64,000 nt of DNA from Malacoraja senta (Eukaryota). The DNA is taken from assembly GCA_038087875.1 (NCBI GenBank), contig CM075980.1:12028001-12092000 (forward strand), in the 5' to 3' direction. Positions within the stretch are counted from its first letter, which is position 1; each line of letters opens with the position of its first letter. Of the stretch, positions 51,336-62,911 are shown piece after piece. The notes beneath the pieces are model-generated. The model searched no databases and was not told the DNA's origin. It was given only the letters and a program-made list of their open reading frames with translations. Made by a program: the position numbers and the translations under genes.

Positions 51336-51634
51336 TAACTTGATAGTTGGCATGGATATGATAGGCTGAAGGGCTTATCTCTATTTAGGGTATTAGACTC
51401 TCAGTCCCTACACTCCCTCATCCAACTAGCCCACTCATCTCTGGCAGCAAACTCCCTAGACTTGAGTGCCTGGTCCTTTTTGAGCTGATTGGCAATTCTG
51501 CCCCCAAGCTACTGATCCCATTTTCCAACACTATTTGAATCCAAGGCAGAGGTGCAGTGAGGGGTGTGGAGCTGTTGTACAGCATTGTGAACAATGAGGA
51601 TAGTAGAGCAAGCAGCAATGACTGGAGAGCTTAC

Positions 51635-51715
51635 CATATCCCATGAGGATGAAGGAGCCCACGACCATGATGACTGTCTGCAACGTATCGGTGTAGATCA
51701 CGGCCGTCAAGCCAC
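51635..51715 (-). CDS. SLC5A1: SLC5A1 exon 7 ([26 protein letters not shown])
   Basis: ttgctgccag|GT...TATG|gtaagc; 81 nt, phase 1/1; contains the solute-sodium symporter motif GGLxAVIYTDxLQ. Confidence 0.96.
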
Positions 51716-52059
51716 CTGGCAGCAAAACACAGCAACCGTCCATTAATCACACAGAGATATGGTAGCAGAGGTAAAAACACTAGCATGTTCACAAAGGCTG
51801 TCCCGAGGAAGAGCCCTGATTTGGGCTGGACGTCAGGAAGGTCAGCCATTGCTGACTTAACCAGAGGGCCCCTGGAGATGAGGAGTGAGAAATTGTAGGG
51901 GCCGGATGTGAACCTCCAGAAGGATCAGACGAGGTGCAGCACCAATGGAGGTAGACCACTGTAAGCACATGAATGGCTATAACTCCACCTTTTAGTGAAG
52001 GAAAAATCGACAAGGTCTCCCTTCCTTCAGTATGATCCCCTGCTCCATCTGCACAGAGA

Positions 52060-52460
52060 TGCCTCCCAGGAGGCCGCGGCAGCAGATGGAGCCAGGGCTG
52101 TCGGAGCCCGCGTCCGGGGCTTGGGTTGGCGCCGCGGAGGCTTCAGGAGGGGACCCAGCGGCGGTCGTGGAGGAGGTCGGTGCGGCGGTCGATGGGGGCA
52201 CCGGTCAAGGTCAGCGGTCGTTGCGTGCGCCGGCGGTTGAGGACGGGCCACGTGGGAGTTGAATGTAGCGCCATCAGGAAGAAAGGGACCTGGCGTGGGG
52301 GGACCGTCGTGAGTGGAGGGGGGGGGCGGCGGAGTACTTGTAACTTTGTCGGAGCCTTTAAGGTGGCAACTCTTTGCATACCCTGGATATGCAAAACAAA
52401 GAACATCACTGCGACTAGTCCCATGTGACAATAAATATTCATTCATTCGTTCATTCATTC
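52060..52460 (+). mobile_element. GC-rich non-autonomous retroelement with gtgacaataaa-(ATTC)n tail
   Basis: CpG-rich body ending in catgtgacaataaatattcattcattcgttcattcattc. Confidence 0.7.
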
Positions 52461-53599
52461 ACAATCCAGAGCCCCGAGTTCAAAGCCAGGAAACCAAATT
52501 TGCAATTTAAATGCAGCCGATGATCCGGAATTTGGGAAAACAATAAAAAATGCCAAATGTCGTGAAAATATTGTGAGGCTCAGGAATGGTCTTGATCCAA
52601 AACCTATCTATGTTTTCCATGCTTGCTGCCTGTCCCATTGAGTTACTCCAGCATTTTGTGTCTTTTCTTGATAAACAGTGTCTGCAGTTCCTTGTTTCTA
52701 CACCTCTGTATATTGCAAAAAACAATCTGGTTCACTAGTGACCCCATAAGGAAATGCATGTACCATCCTTATTCAGCTGGGTAGATGTGTGATCAGATGC
52801 ATCCATGGGGTTAATTCTTAACTACACCCTGAACTACCCCCTGAAGCACAGGGCAATTGGCGGTAGACAATTACCACCAGCCTTGTAATTGATGCCAGAT
52901 TCCACAAAAATATTAAGATAAGAAAGTGTTGGTGTCCTCCTTAACACAGCAGTTAGCAGATAGAACAGTGCAGCACAGAAACAGGCCCATCGGCCAACTA
53001 TGTTCTGTGCAGACCATAATTGTGAAATTGAACTCCTCTACACTGCACATGATCTGCGTTCCTCCATCCCTGCCTAGTCCAATCTATGAGCTTGTCTAAA
53101 TGCTTCTCAAACAATTACTCTCATGTCTGCTCCCACCAGTGCTCCTGGCAGCAGGATGATGCGGAGATCAGCAGCGGTGACCTGGAAAGGTCCCGGGGGC
53201 CAACATGGCGTGAGGACCCTGACCCTGACCTCCATGCATAGAGCAGTCAAGCTACACGCAAGAGTGAATCTCCAGGAGATCAGAGAGCCGGATAAGAGCA
53301 AAGAATGCAGTGAGTTTTGCCTTTTTAAACAGCAGGATTTCAGCGGAGGTAGGATTAGAAAGATCTGGTCACTCGAAGAGTAAGAACTGTCTTTCTTCTG
53401 ACCGGTGGGAATGAAAATTACACAGCATTATTTCTGGTCGAACCACTGATGATCTTACACGTGGGATTTCCACAATAGAACAAACATTCTGGGAAGAATG
53501 AATCTCTCAGGGAAAACTGAAGAGTATTGATCCCAACCCGTACCAGGGCCCTGGAGGTTTGCTCTGCTTTGGGGTGACTGGATTTTCAGTAGCACAGCG

Positions 53600-53925
53600 G
53601 CTTTCTGTTGGAGCGGTGTTGATCATTTAAAAACATGTTTTAATTATTTGATTTTTAAATGTTTTGATATGTTTTTGAACTAGTTTTCAGCTAGAAATTG
53701 GTTAACAGCAGCTCCCTGTGGTGCTGTGTGAAAAACGTTTTAGCTGAAAACTAGTTTAAAGACATTTCAAAACAATTAAAAATGGTTGAAACATTTAAAA
53801 ATCTTATTAAGACAGCTGTAATAGAAAGCTGCAATGAACAAATTTCTAGCTGAAAACTAATTTTAAGACATTTCAAAAAGAAATGTAACAATTGAAACAT
53901 TTTTAATTCTTATTAAATAATTCTT
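53600..53925. repeat. AT-rich repeat with one inverted and two direct copies of an approximately 106-nt unit
   Basis: TAGCTGAAAACTA at 53741 and 53847 (plus) and at 53681-53693 (minus). Confidence 0.7.
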
Positions 53926-54123
53926 TCTTTATAATAAAGTCATGTTCCAGACATCTACCACTATCTGTAAAATACTTGCCCTGAACATCGCATTTAAATT
54001 TTCCCCCTTTAACCTTAAAGCTGTGCCCTCTAGTATGGGATATTCCAACCAGTGACATGGGTTCTCACTGACTACCTTATTATCTATGTTTAAGAAGGAA
54101 CTGCAGATGCTGGAAAATCAAAC

Positions 54124-54306
54124 GTAGACAAAAATGCTGGAGAAACTCAGTGGGTGAGGCAGCATCTATGGAATGAAGGAAATAGGCAACGTTTCGGGTC
54201 GAGACCCTTCTTCAAAGCAGAAGGGTCTCGACCCGAAACGTTGCCTATTTCCTTCGCTCCATAGATGCTGCCTCACCTGCTGAGTTTCTCCAGCATTTTT
54301 GTCTAC
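54124..54306. repeat. Near-perfect inverted repeat (88-nt arms, 7-nt loop, 4 mismatches) with back-to-back hammerhead-like cores
   Basis: Arms 54124-54211 and 54219-54306 compared directly. Confidence 0.93.
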
Positions 54307-54554
54307 CTTATCTATGCCTCATCTTCTTATGTTCCAGAGTCAATAATCCAAATTCATCCAATCTTCAATCCAGGCAGCATTGTGGTAAACCTCTTCTTCA
54401 CCCTTTCCAAAGCCTCCACAGCCTTTCTGTAATGGTGCCAGCAGTTCTGCACACAATACTCCAAATGTGACCTAACCAAAGTGTCATAAAGCTGCAACAT
54501 GACTTCCTAACCCTTATACTGAATGGCCCAACAACGTCTTCTTTCCTGACGTGG

Positions 54555-54840
54555 GGTGGCACAGTGGCACAGTGGCGTTGCCACCTCACAGCGCCAGAGA
54601 CCCAGGTTCGATTCTGAATGTTGTCTGCATGGAATTGTATGTTCACCCTGTGACATTCTCTCCGAGTGCTCTGGTTCCCACCCACACTCCAAAGACGTAC
54701 AGGTGTGTAGCTTAATGGCTTCGGTAAAATAAAAATTGTAAATTGTCCTTCGTGTGTAGGATCACTGGCGTACAGGGTGATTGCTGGTCAGCATGGGTTG
54801 AAGTGGCTGTTTCCATGCTGTATCTCTAAAGTCTAAAGTA
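54555..54840 (+). mobile_element. V-SINE (HE1-like)
   Basis: Family consensus with taaagtctaaagt tail. Confidence 0.85.
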
Positions 54841-55589
54841 ATTGACTGGATGGGAAATAAATGTGAAGGATCCAGGGGGGGTGGGAGGATGTAGCTCAGA
54901 TGGTTGGTCATTGCCGTGGGGAAGGAATTCCCAACCTGGGGTCCTTGTTCCTGGTGAAATATCAGATACAAACTGAACTGGGGACTCAGGCAGGAGGGTC
55001 ACATTTGGAAGTTCTCCACCTTGATCTGGGAGATGTGGGAGGGGAGGCGAATGTAATTCTCTGGAACTTGACACAGTTTCTCCCCAACCCCACCCTGGTT
55101 ATCGCTGATCGCAGTGAACCCAGCTCTGCACTGATTACGAGTTCCTCTGGAATCCATTGGTAACTGAATAACCCACACATCTCTTAAACCAGTATCTAAG
55201 GTCAGTCAGCACATTCCTCAATTGACAATGGCACTGAATCCGTGCAGCCACCCTTGGAGAGTTGATTACCGAGAGTTGTAAAGAAAGTCTCACATTGTGT
55301 GCGCTCACACACACCCGCAGAGACTCAGTCATGAGATAGGGACATAAATGCTGGCACAAGGACAGATGCACGTGCACTCACACACAGGCTCAAAGGTGTG
55401 CGATAAACATGCCTACATGCACATATTAAAGCACTCAAACACGCATGGGCATGTGGAGGGGGTTTAGAGCTGCTGGCTGTGAGGCAGTGAGCTGCCAGCT
55501 CAGGACAGGTGCAGTTTCAGTCACTCATTATATCGACAGAATTGAATGTCACTTACTGCTCTGTACTGCCTGTAGTGCAGAGGAATGAG

Positions 55590-55940
55590 AACAGAACTCG
55601 CTGAAACATACACTTCTTACAGGGCTCAAAGTAAATGGGGTGAATGCGCACAGACCTTTCCCAGGGCAGGGAGATCGGGAACTAAAGGGTCTATGTTTAA
55701 GGTGAGGGGAGTGATTTGATAGGAACTTGAGGGCCAACGTTTTCATGCAGAGGGTGGTGGGTACATGGAACGAGCTGCCAGAAGAAGTGGTTGAGGTAAG
55801 TACAATACCAACATTGCAAAGACATCTGGACAGGTGCAGGGATAGGAAAGTTTTAGGGGGATATGAGTTAAATACTGGCAAATGGGGCTAGCTTAGATGG
55901 CATTTTGCTCCATTTCTGCACTGTATAACTATGATCCATA
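55590..55940 (+). mobile_element. CR1/HER1 3' fragment
   Basis: cagagggtggtgggtacatggaacgagctgccagaagaagtgg = QRVVGTWNELPEEV. Confidence 0.8.
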
Positions 55941-56139
55941 ACAGCTGGATGGAGGGATGATGTTTTCCCTGGTTGAGGTGTCTAGAACTGGCGGTCACAG
56001 TCTCAGATAAGAGTTTAGTTTGAGATACAGCATGAAAACAGACCCTTTTGGCCCATCGCGATCATGCTGACCACAGATCACCCACCCAGAGCTTGTCCAT
56101 TTACTGCTGAGATGAAGGGAAACTCTCTTCATTACTACT

Positions 56140-57730
56140 CCAATCTCACTACTCCATTTGAGGTCCCAATCCGTTTAAGGAAAGTCACAATTATCCCAAT
56201 GCTGAAGAAAAGCCAGGTGATGTGCCTTAATGACAACCGCCTAGTGGCTCTGACATCCGCCATCACGAACAGCTTTGAGCGACTAGTGATGGAGCACATA
56301 ATCATATTAACTCCAGCCTCACCAGCCACTTGTTGCACTGCGGTTGGCTTACCATCGCAACATATCCACAGAGAACTCCCTGGCACATCTCTGGGACATC
56401 TGGATAACAAGGACTCCTCTGTTAGATTCCTATTTATTGACTGTAGCTCTACCTTCAACACTACAATCCTATTCAAACTCATTTCAAAACACCCAGACTC
56501 AGGAGTCAGCTTCAGTCACTGGATCCTCGACTTTCTGACCCATGAATCAGAATCAGTGAGAATATATCCTCCACAATAATCCTCAATCCCATTGCCCTGC
56601 AAAATTACATTCTCAGTTCCTTTTTAAAAAAAATTTAAAAAATTATTTTTATTAGAAGCAATTGTACAAGGATAAAACATTCGGCATCTAAAATTATACA
56701 ATTATTGTACAGCTTCAATTTTAAACCTTTTAACCTGAAAATGAGAGAAAAGAAAAGAGAAAGAACAAGAGAGGGAAAAGGTGAGAAGTGAAAAGATAGT
56801 TCGAAAAAGTAGATGGAAAAGACCCCTAGACTACAAAAGTAGTGTGGCCAAAAAGTGAATAAAGATATGAGAGAAAAAGTTCCAGTTCCAACCTGTACTA
56901 CCCACGCACTCACGACAGTGAGGCCACTTCTGCTCTAACTCCATCTGCAGGTTTGCAGATGACACCACAGTGGTGGGCCAAATCTCAAACAATGAAGAGA
57001 CGGTGTCCAGGAAGGAGAAGGGGAACTTGGTACCATGGTGTCAAGACAACAACCTCTCCCTCGATGATAGCAAGACAAAGGAGCTAGTTATTGCCTACAG
57101 GAAGCGTGGTGGTACATGCCCCAATCAGATAAATGGTGCCAAAGTGGAAATGGTTGAGTGCTTCAAGTTCCTAAGAGTTGATATCACCAACTATTTGTCC
57201 TGAACTAACGCCTCTGCTGCCACAGGAGACTAAGGAAATTCAGCATATCCCAAAGACTCTTACCAACTTCGACAGATGCACCGCTGGAAGCATACTAGCA
57301 AGTCGCGTCATGGCTTGTTTGGGAACATTCTGCCCAAGACCACAATACGTTGCTGAGTGTTTTGAATGTAGCCCAGTCCATCACAAAGACCAGACTCCCC
57401 ATCATTGACTTCATCACTTAACACTGCCTCAGGAATGTAGCCAACATAATCAAGGACTTTTTTTTTTTACCCCAGTCATTCTCTCTTCTCCCCTCACAGT
57501 CGGGCAGAAGTCACAAAAGCTTGAAAGCATGCACCACCAGACTCTGGAACAGCTTCTTCCCCTCTGTTACCAGACTACTGAATAGTCCTCCCATAAGATA
57601 GGGTGTATTCCCCCAATCTTCCAACCTACCTCATTGCAGACATTGGACTTTTTCTGTGTAACTGTCACAGCTTACAATGCTATAAACTATATTCTGCACT
57701 CTGGTATTTTTCTCTCTGCACCACCTGTTG
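56140..57730 (+). mobile_element. Rex1/Babar-type LINE RT pseudogene, interrupted by an AT-rich insertion at about 56620-56890
   Basis: IIPMLKKSQVMCLNDNRLVALTS, FERLV, LFIDCSSTFNT, FADDTTVVGQISNNEE, WCQDNNLSL..KTKELVI. Confidence 0.88.
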
Positions 57731-57896
57731 TACCAGAAGCTGGAAGATGGAATAAGGTGGCAGAGCTCTTCTATAACCAGTACGGGCATGAAGTTTCACG
57801 GGCCTTCCTGTATACTTCCACAAACATTGGGGAAATGGTTGCTGAGGAAGTTGTCTCTTTGCTCCCAGCTCTGGGTGATTGCAGGGTGGCTCTTAC

Positions 57897-58002
57897 CTGT
57901 CACAGTGTAGAGGGCAGTGATAGACAGCAGTATCACCACAGCGACGTATATATTCAACCCCAGTGCCTCGCGGATAAATATGGCTCCTGAAAACATGTCA
58001 GC
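57897..58002 (-). CDS. SLC5A1: SLC5A1 exon 6 ([36 protein letters not shown])
   Basis: tcttacag|GCT...ACAG|gtaaga; 106 nt, phase 0/1. Confidence 0.96.
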
Positions 58003-58254
58003 CTGTAAGAGGGAACACAATTACAATAGGAATGCTATCCTTCGTTTCTTTGCTCTTGCAAAATTTTCCTGCACCAGCTTACATCCCAAAACAGGGAACC
58101 AATTCCTGCATGAACATAGCGTCATGTGGAGGTATTATAGGCACTCTGGCTCGCCATATCCATGGTGACTATCACTTACCCATCGACCCTAATCCTACAC
58201 TGATCCCATTTTCTTCTCCCCTGATTCTAACCTTCACCAATGCATTAGGAGCAA

Positions 58255-58610
58255 GTCATAGCAACCATTAACTCACCATTTCTATGTATCTTTGAGATGT
58301 GGGAGGAGACCAAAGCAACCTGTGGAAACCCACACAGTCATGGAGAGAATGTGCAAACCCTACACAGACATCACCTGAGGTCAGACACAAAATGCTGGAG
58401 TAACTCAGCGGGACAGGCAGCACCTCTGGAGAGAAGGAATGGCCGATGTTTCGGATCAAGAGCCTTCTTCAGACCCCTCTGTGAATCCCCTCTCACAGCT
58501 CCCTCTCTGTGAAAACGAGAGTTCAGCAACATCCTCTCTCACTTGAGGTCAGGATTGAACCTGGGTCTCTGGCGTTGCGAGGCAGTGGGTCTACCAGCTG
58601 CACCTTCTAA
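58255..58610 (-). mobile_element. V-SINE interrupted by a Penelope terminal-repeat fragment carrying a hammerhead core (58445-58472, minus)
   Basis: SINE halves flank the insert; TCAC(C/T)TGAGGTCAG is duplicated at 58371-58384 and 58539-58552. Confidence 0.78.
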
Positions 58611-59809
58611 CAGAATCTGCTCATACAACTGCTTAACCTCCTTTGTCATAAGATTATGTACATCATTCCACGGGAGTAACAGCAACACTATTTATTAAGC
58701 AGCTTTGACACTGCACTCCGTCATGGGAGGAGTTAGTGACCCAAAAAGACATCCATGTTTTGGAGACATTCGATGGATGGATGAAGGGTAAGGGGAGAAG
58801 AGGATCAGGTTGAGATTCTGGAGTGCACAACTTGGAGGGGGAATCTGCGGATGGTGACGTCCGCATGCGCCTGCTGCACTTGTTGCTCTGGGCGGCCGAG
58901 GTTGCGGGAGGTGCAGTCAGAGCCACTGTGGACCATTCTGTAGATGGTATACAGTGCAGACACTGTGCATCATTGGCGGGAGGAATGGATGCTTCGGGTG
59001 GTGGACAGTCCCAGAAGCTGCCGAGCTTCTTGAGCGTTGCTGGTCTAGGTGTGGGAGCGTTTTCCCAAATATTTAAAAAAAAACAAGAGTAATCAATCCT
59101 CCTCAGAATTGTGTTTATTCCAGTGAGATCACCTCTCGTTCTTCTCTAACGTGTACGGGCCCAATCAACCTGCCCCCATAGGACCACCCCTTCATCCCCA
59201 GAAACAACCCTGGTGAACCTCCTCCACACCGCTCCAGGTCAAGGAGACCAGAAAAGACCAGGTGGTGTCTCAGCAGTCTCCAGAGCTGCTAGAATTCCAC
59301 AGATGGAGGAACAGAAACTTATAAATTCCTGGAAATCTCATCAAAATCCCGTTTCCCAACTAGTTGCCCTGTTCAATCCATTCCCATCACTCATGACCAC
59401 AGTGGGTGACCCACAGGAGGATTGTCCATTGTAACAAGAGTGCACCAGCCACAGTATAGGAAGATTCTGGTTGCCCACCCTCCAGAGTCCATGGGTTCTG
59501 CCACAGGGCAAGGACTTGGACGAGAGGCCTGACATAGTGGGTGATCTAATGGGCTGCACAATGGCGCAACTGGTAGAGCTGCTGCCTCGCAGCACCAGAG
59601 CCCTGGGTTTTGATCCCGACCATGGGTGCTGCCTGTGTGGAGTTTGCATGTTCTGGGTGACTGGGTGAGCTTTCACCCGCTGCTCTGGTTCACTCCGACA
59701 TCCCACCTGCAGTGTTTGACCCTCTCCTGGCCAAGGTCAAGGCTTCCATTGTTGCATGGGCAGAAGCAGCCCATCACCTGGGTGTTGAAGTGGGAGCTCA
59801 GACCCAAAG

Positions 59810-60220
59810 AGTCATAGAGCTACACAGCTTGGAAACAGACCCTTCAGCCCATCTTGTCCACGCAAACCAAGTTGGTATTCTGGACTAGGCACATTTGCCC
59901 GCTAAACCCTTCCCATCCATTAATCTGTCCAAATGTCTTTTGAAATTTGCAATTGGATCTGCTTCTTCAGCTACCTCTGAATGAACTGATACAACTACCC
60001 TCTGAGTGAAAAGGTTGTCTCCGAGATCCCTCTTAAATCTCTCTCCTCTCACTTTATGTCAATGCCCTCTAGTTTTAGAACCTTCTACCTTTGGAAAAAG
60101 ACTGTACAAGCATTCACTTTATCCAAGATCCTCAATGAGGTCTCCACTCAGTCTCCAATGCTCCAAAGAAAAAGTCCCAGCCTATCCAACCTCTCCCTAG
60201 AACTCAAGCCAGCAAGTCCA
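59810..60220 (-). mobile_element. CR1 3' fragment
   Basis: Reverse complement of the CR1 C-terminus and UTR. Confidence 0.75.
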
Positions 60221-60489
60221 TGTAACCAGGAGCCAAAAATTACCCAATGGGCCAAACTGCAGAGTGATAACTAATTAGTAATCAAAGAACTTCAGTTGCA
60301 AGAATTCCAAGATAAAAACCTCGAAATACTCAATAGGTTAAGCAGCATCCGTGGAGAGAGGAACAGAGTCAATTTCCAAGATCCTTCTTCGGAACTGGAG
60401 AAGGACCTTTATAGAAAAGGTATTTAACCTGAAATTTAACCTGTTTCTATCTCCACAGATATTGCCTGACCTGGTCAGTGGGGCAGTAG

Positions 60490-60780
60490 TGGGTGGCACA
60501 ACGGCAGAGTTGCTGCCGTACAGCGCCAGAGACACGGGTTAGATCCCGACTACGGGTGCTGTCTGTATGGAGTTTGTACGTACTCTCTGTGAGCACGTGG
60601 GTTTTCTCCGGGTGCTCCGGTTTTACCCAAACTCCAAAGAAGTACAGGTTTGCAGGTTAATTGGCTTTGGTTAAAAAAAAAATCCCTAGTGTGCGTAGAA
60701 TAGTGCTGGTGTGGTCGCTGGTCGGTGCGGACTCGTTGGGCCGAAGGGCTTGTTTCTGCTCTGTATCTCTAAAATCTAAA
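60490..60780 (+). mobile_element. V-SINE (HE1-like)
   Basis: A/B boxes, V-domain and tail. Confidence 0.88.
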
Positions 60781-62637
60781 GGTATTGTGTGGGGAATCCC
60801 AGGTGTGGGACTGCTCTGGAACAAGGAAACTGTTACTGCAGTTGGCACAGCAAGAACAGAGAGGGGTTGATGGACCACAACAATGTTCCTCCTGTAGTTT
60901 CTTTTACACAAAGTCAGCTGATGGTGTGCAGGGATTGTGAAAATGGAGTCCAATCCCCTGGTGTTTATACCGGCAGATGGAATACACCAGAGCTGCAATC
61001 ATTAACTCATTAACCTACAATCATTAACTGACAGACACACCCATGGCTCACTGTCATTTGGAAATTGTAGAGCAATACCTGGCCCTGACCTCTGAGCTCT
61101 AGTTCACAAGTATCTGCGGTTTAAGGGACTGCCCTGACTGAAGCAAAGCTATTACATTCTGTTATTTTAGGTGTCAGCTAGAAAGAAGGCAATGAAAACA
61201 TGTGAAAGCAGTTGGGTCAATTACCCTGCAGTTCCATCCCGTCTGTAACTCAGGGTGTTGTACACAGTCGATATTTATATGTCACGTATCGAGAGACAAA
61301 TTGAGACACTGTGTGTAAAGCGATCTTCAAACCATAATCATTGATAATGAAACAATGAACAGTACAGCACAGGAATGTCTGTCTAATGCCAAGATAAACT
61401 AATCTCAACTTCCTCCACATGATCCAGATCCCTCTATTCCCCACACATCCATGTGCCTATTTAAACGCCTCTTGAATGCCACTATTGTATCTGCCACAAC
61501 CACAATCCCTGGCAGTATGTCGCATACATCCCCTACTCTCTGTGTAAAAAGTCATATGGAGCCATAAAGTCATGGAAGCAGGTCCTTTGTCCCACCATGT
61601 CCATGCTGACCATCGAGTACCCTTCTATACTAATCTCATTTACCAGCACTTGCTCCATAGCCTTCTTGCCCAGGCATTTCTGGATACTTCTTAAATGTTT
61701 GATTGCAGCCACCCTCTGAGTGAATAAGCTCTTCCTTGGATCTCCCCCAAACCTATGCCTTCTAATTCTTTGCCATGTGGAAACATTTACTTCTCTCCAC
61801 CCTATCTTGTTGTATCAGGTCACCCCTCAGACACCTCGTCTACAAGAAAAACAGACCAGTATCTCCAGTCTCTCCTCATAACTGAAAGGTTCCATCTCAG
61901 GCAACATACTGGCGATTCTGCTTTGATTGCACCCTAACCAGTGCAATCACATCCTTCCTATAGGACGACCAGAAACTGTACACAAACACTGTACCTCACA
62001 AGAAAGTAGGAAGTCACTATAAGCTAATGGAACTGACCAAGGGTTCAATCATAAAGGGAGGTTATACATATTGGAGTTGTATTAGAGGGTTTGCATTTTA
62101 GAGATATTTCTTACTTTAGAACAACACAGATAAGGCCATTTGGCCCAGCAGGCTGAGAATCATGTTCATAAAGTGTAGGAGCAGAATTAGGCCATTCGGC
62201 CCATCTCGTCTACACTATTCATTCATGGCTGATATATCCTTCCCTCTCAACCTGTCAATATCATTCCCATCTGCCCCATTCCCCCTCTCCTTATTTCCCT
62301 GTGGCCCTACAACTTATATTCCTCACACCTGCCCACCATTCCTTTGTCATTGTCCTACACTCCAGGGCCAGTTACAGGAGCTAATTTACGTCCTTGGGAT
62401 GTGGGGAGGAAACGGAGAAGTGGGGGGGGGGGGGGGGGGGAAGCCATGTGGTCACAGAGAAAAATTGCAAATTCCACAGGAACAGCGCTGGAGGTTAGGA
62501 TTGAACCTGGGGCTGTGAGGTAGCCGCACTAACTGCTGCGCCATCGTGGAATCCTTATTTGAAGGTGGGGCCTTGCTCATGAACACCAGGACTGGTCAGA
62601 ATAGCTGAGTTGGTGCTCAGGGCCGGTGCTAACTTAC

Positions 62638-62742
62638 TGATATCTTGGTAAATATGTAGAGGAAGAGGGAGAGGACAGACAGGTAAATCCTGATCCGGTT
62701 GCCTCCGAATCGTTTCTTCAGGTATTCCGGCATTGTCACAAC
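62638..62742 (-). CDS. SLC5A1: SLC5A1 exon 5 ([35 protein letters not shown])
   Basis: ccctccag|GTT...TCA|gtaagt; 105 nt. Confidence 0.96.
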
Positions 62743-62851
62743 CTGGAGGGAAAGAAGACAGTCAGGGTCAGGTCCCAAACCAGGGAAAGGACAGCTGGAC
62801 TGCGATCCTCGGCCAGAGAGCACCAGGACCATGGATTAAAGTGCTACTTAC

Positions 62852-62911
62852 GCCAGCTCTGATGTAGATGGGCACAAATAGCCATCCCAGGACAATGACA
62901 ATGACCAACGC
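62852..62911 (-). CDS. SLC5A1: SLC5A1 exon 4 (ALVIVIVLGWLFVPIYIRAG)
   Basis: acccaacag|GCG...GGC|gtaagt; 60 nt, phase 0/0; not in the ORF track. Confidence 0.95.

Larger units (their letters stand above)
43758..62911 (-). other. SLC5A1: Sodium/glucose cotransporter gene, partial model (exons 4-7 and 10-15; exons 1-3 outside window, exons 8-9 missing at gap)
   Basis: Ten colinear GT-AG exons translate to SGLT1-like sequence. Exons 4-7, 10 and 13 match the human exon sizes as recalled (60, 105, 106, 81, 108, 216 nt). SGLT1-type motifs [11 protein letters not shown] and [12 protein letters not shown] are present. Confidence 0.92.
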
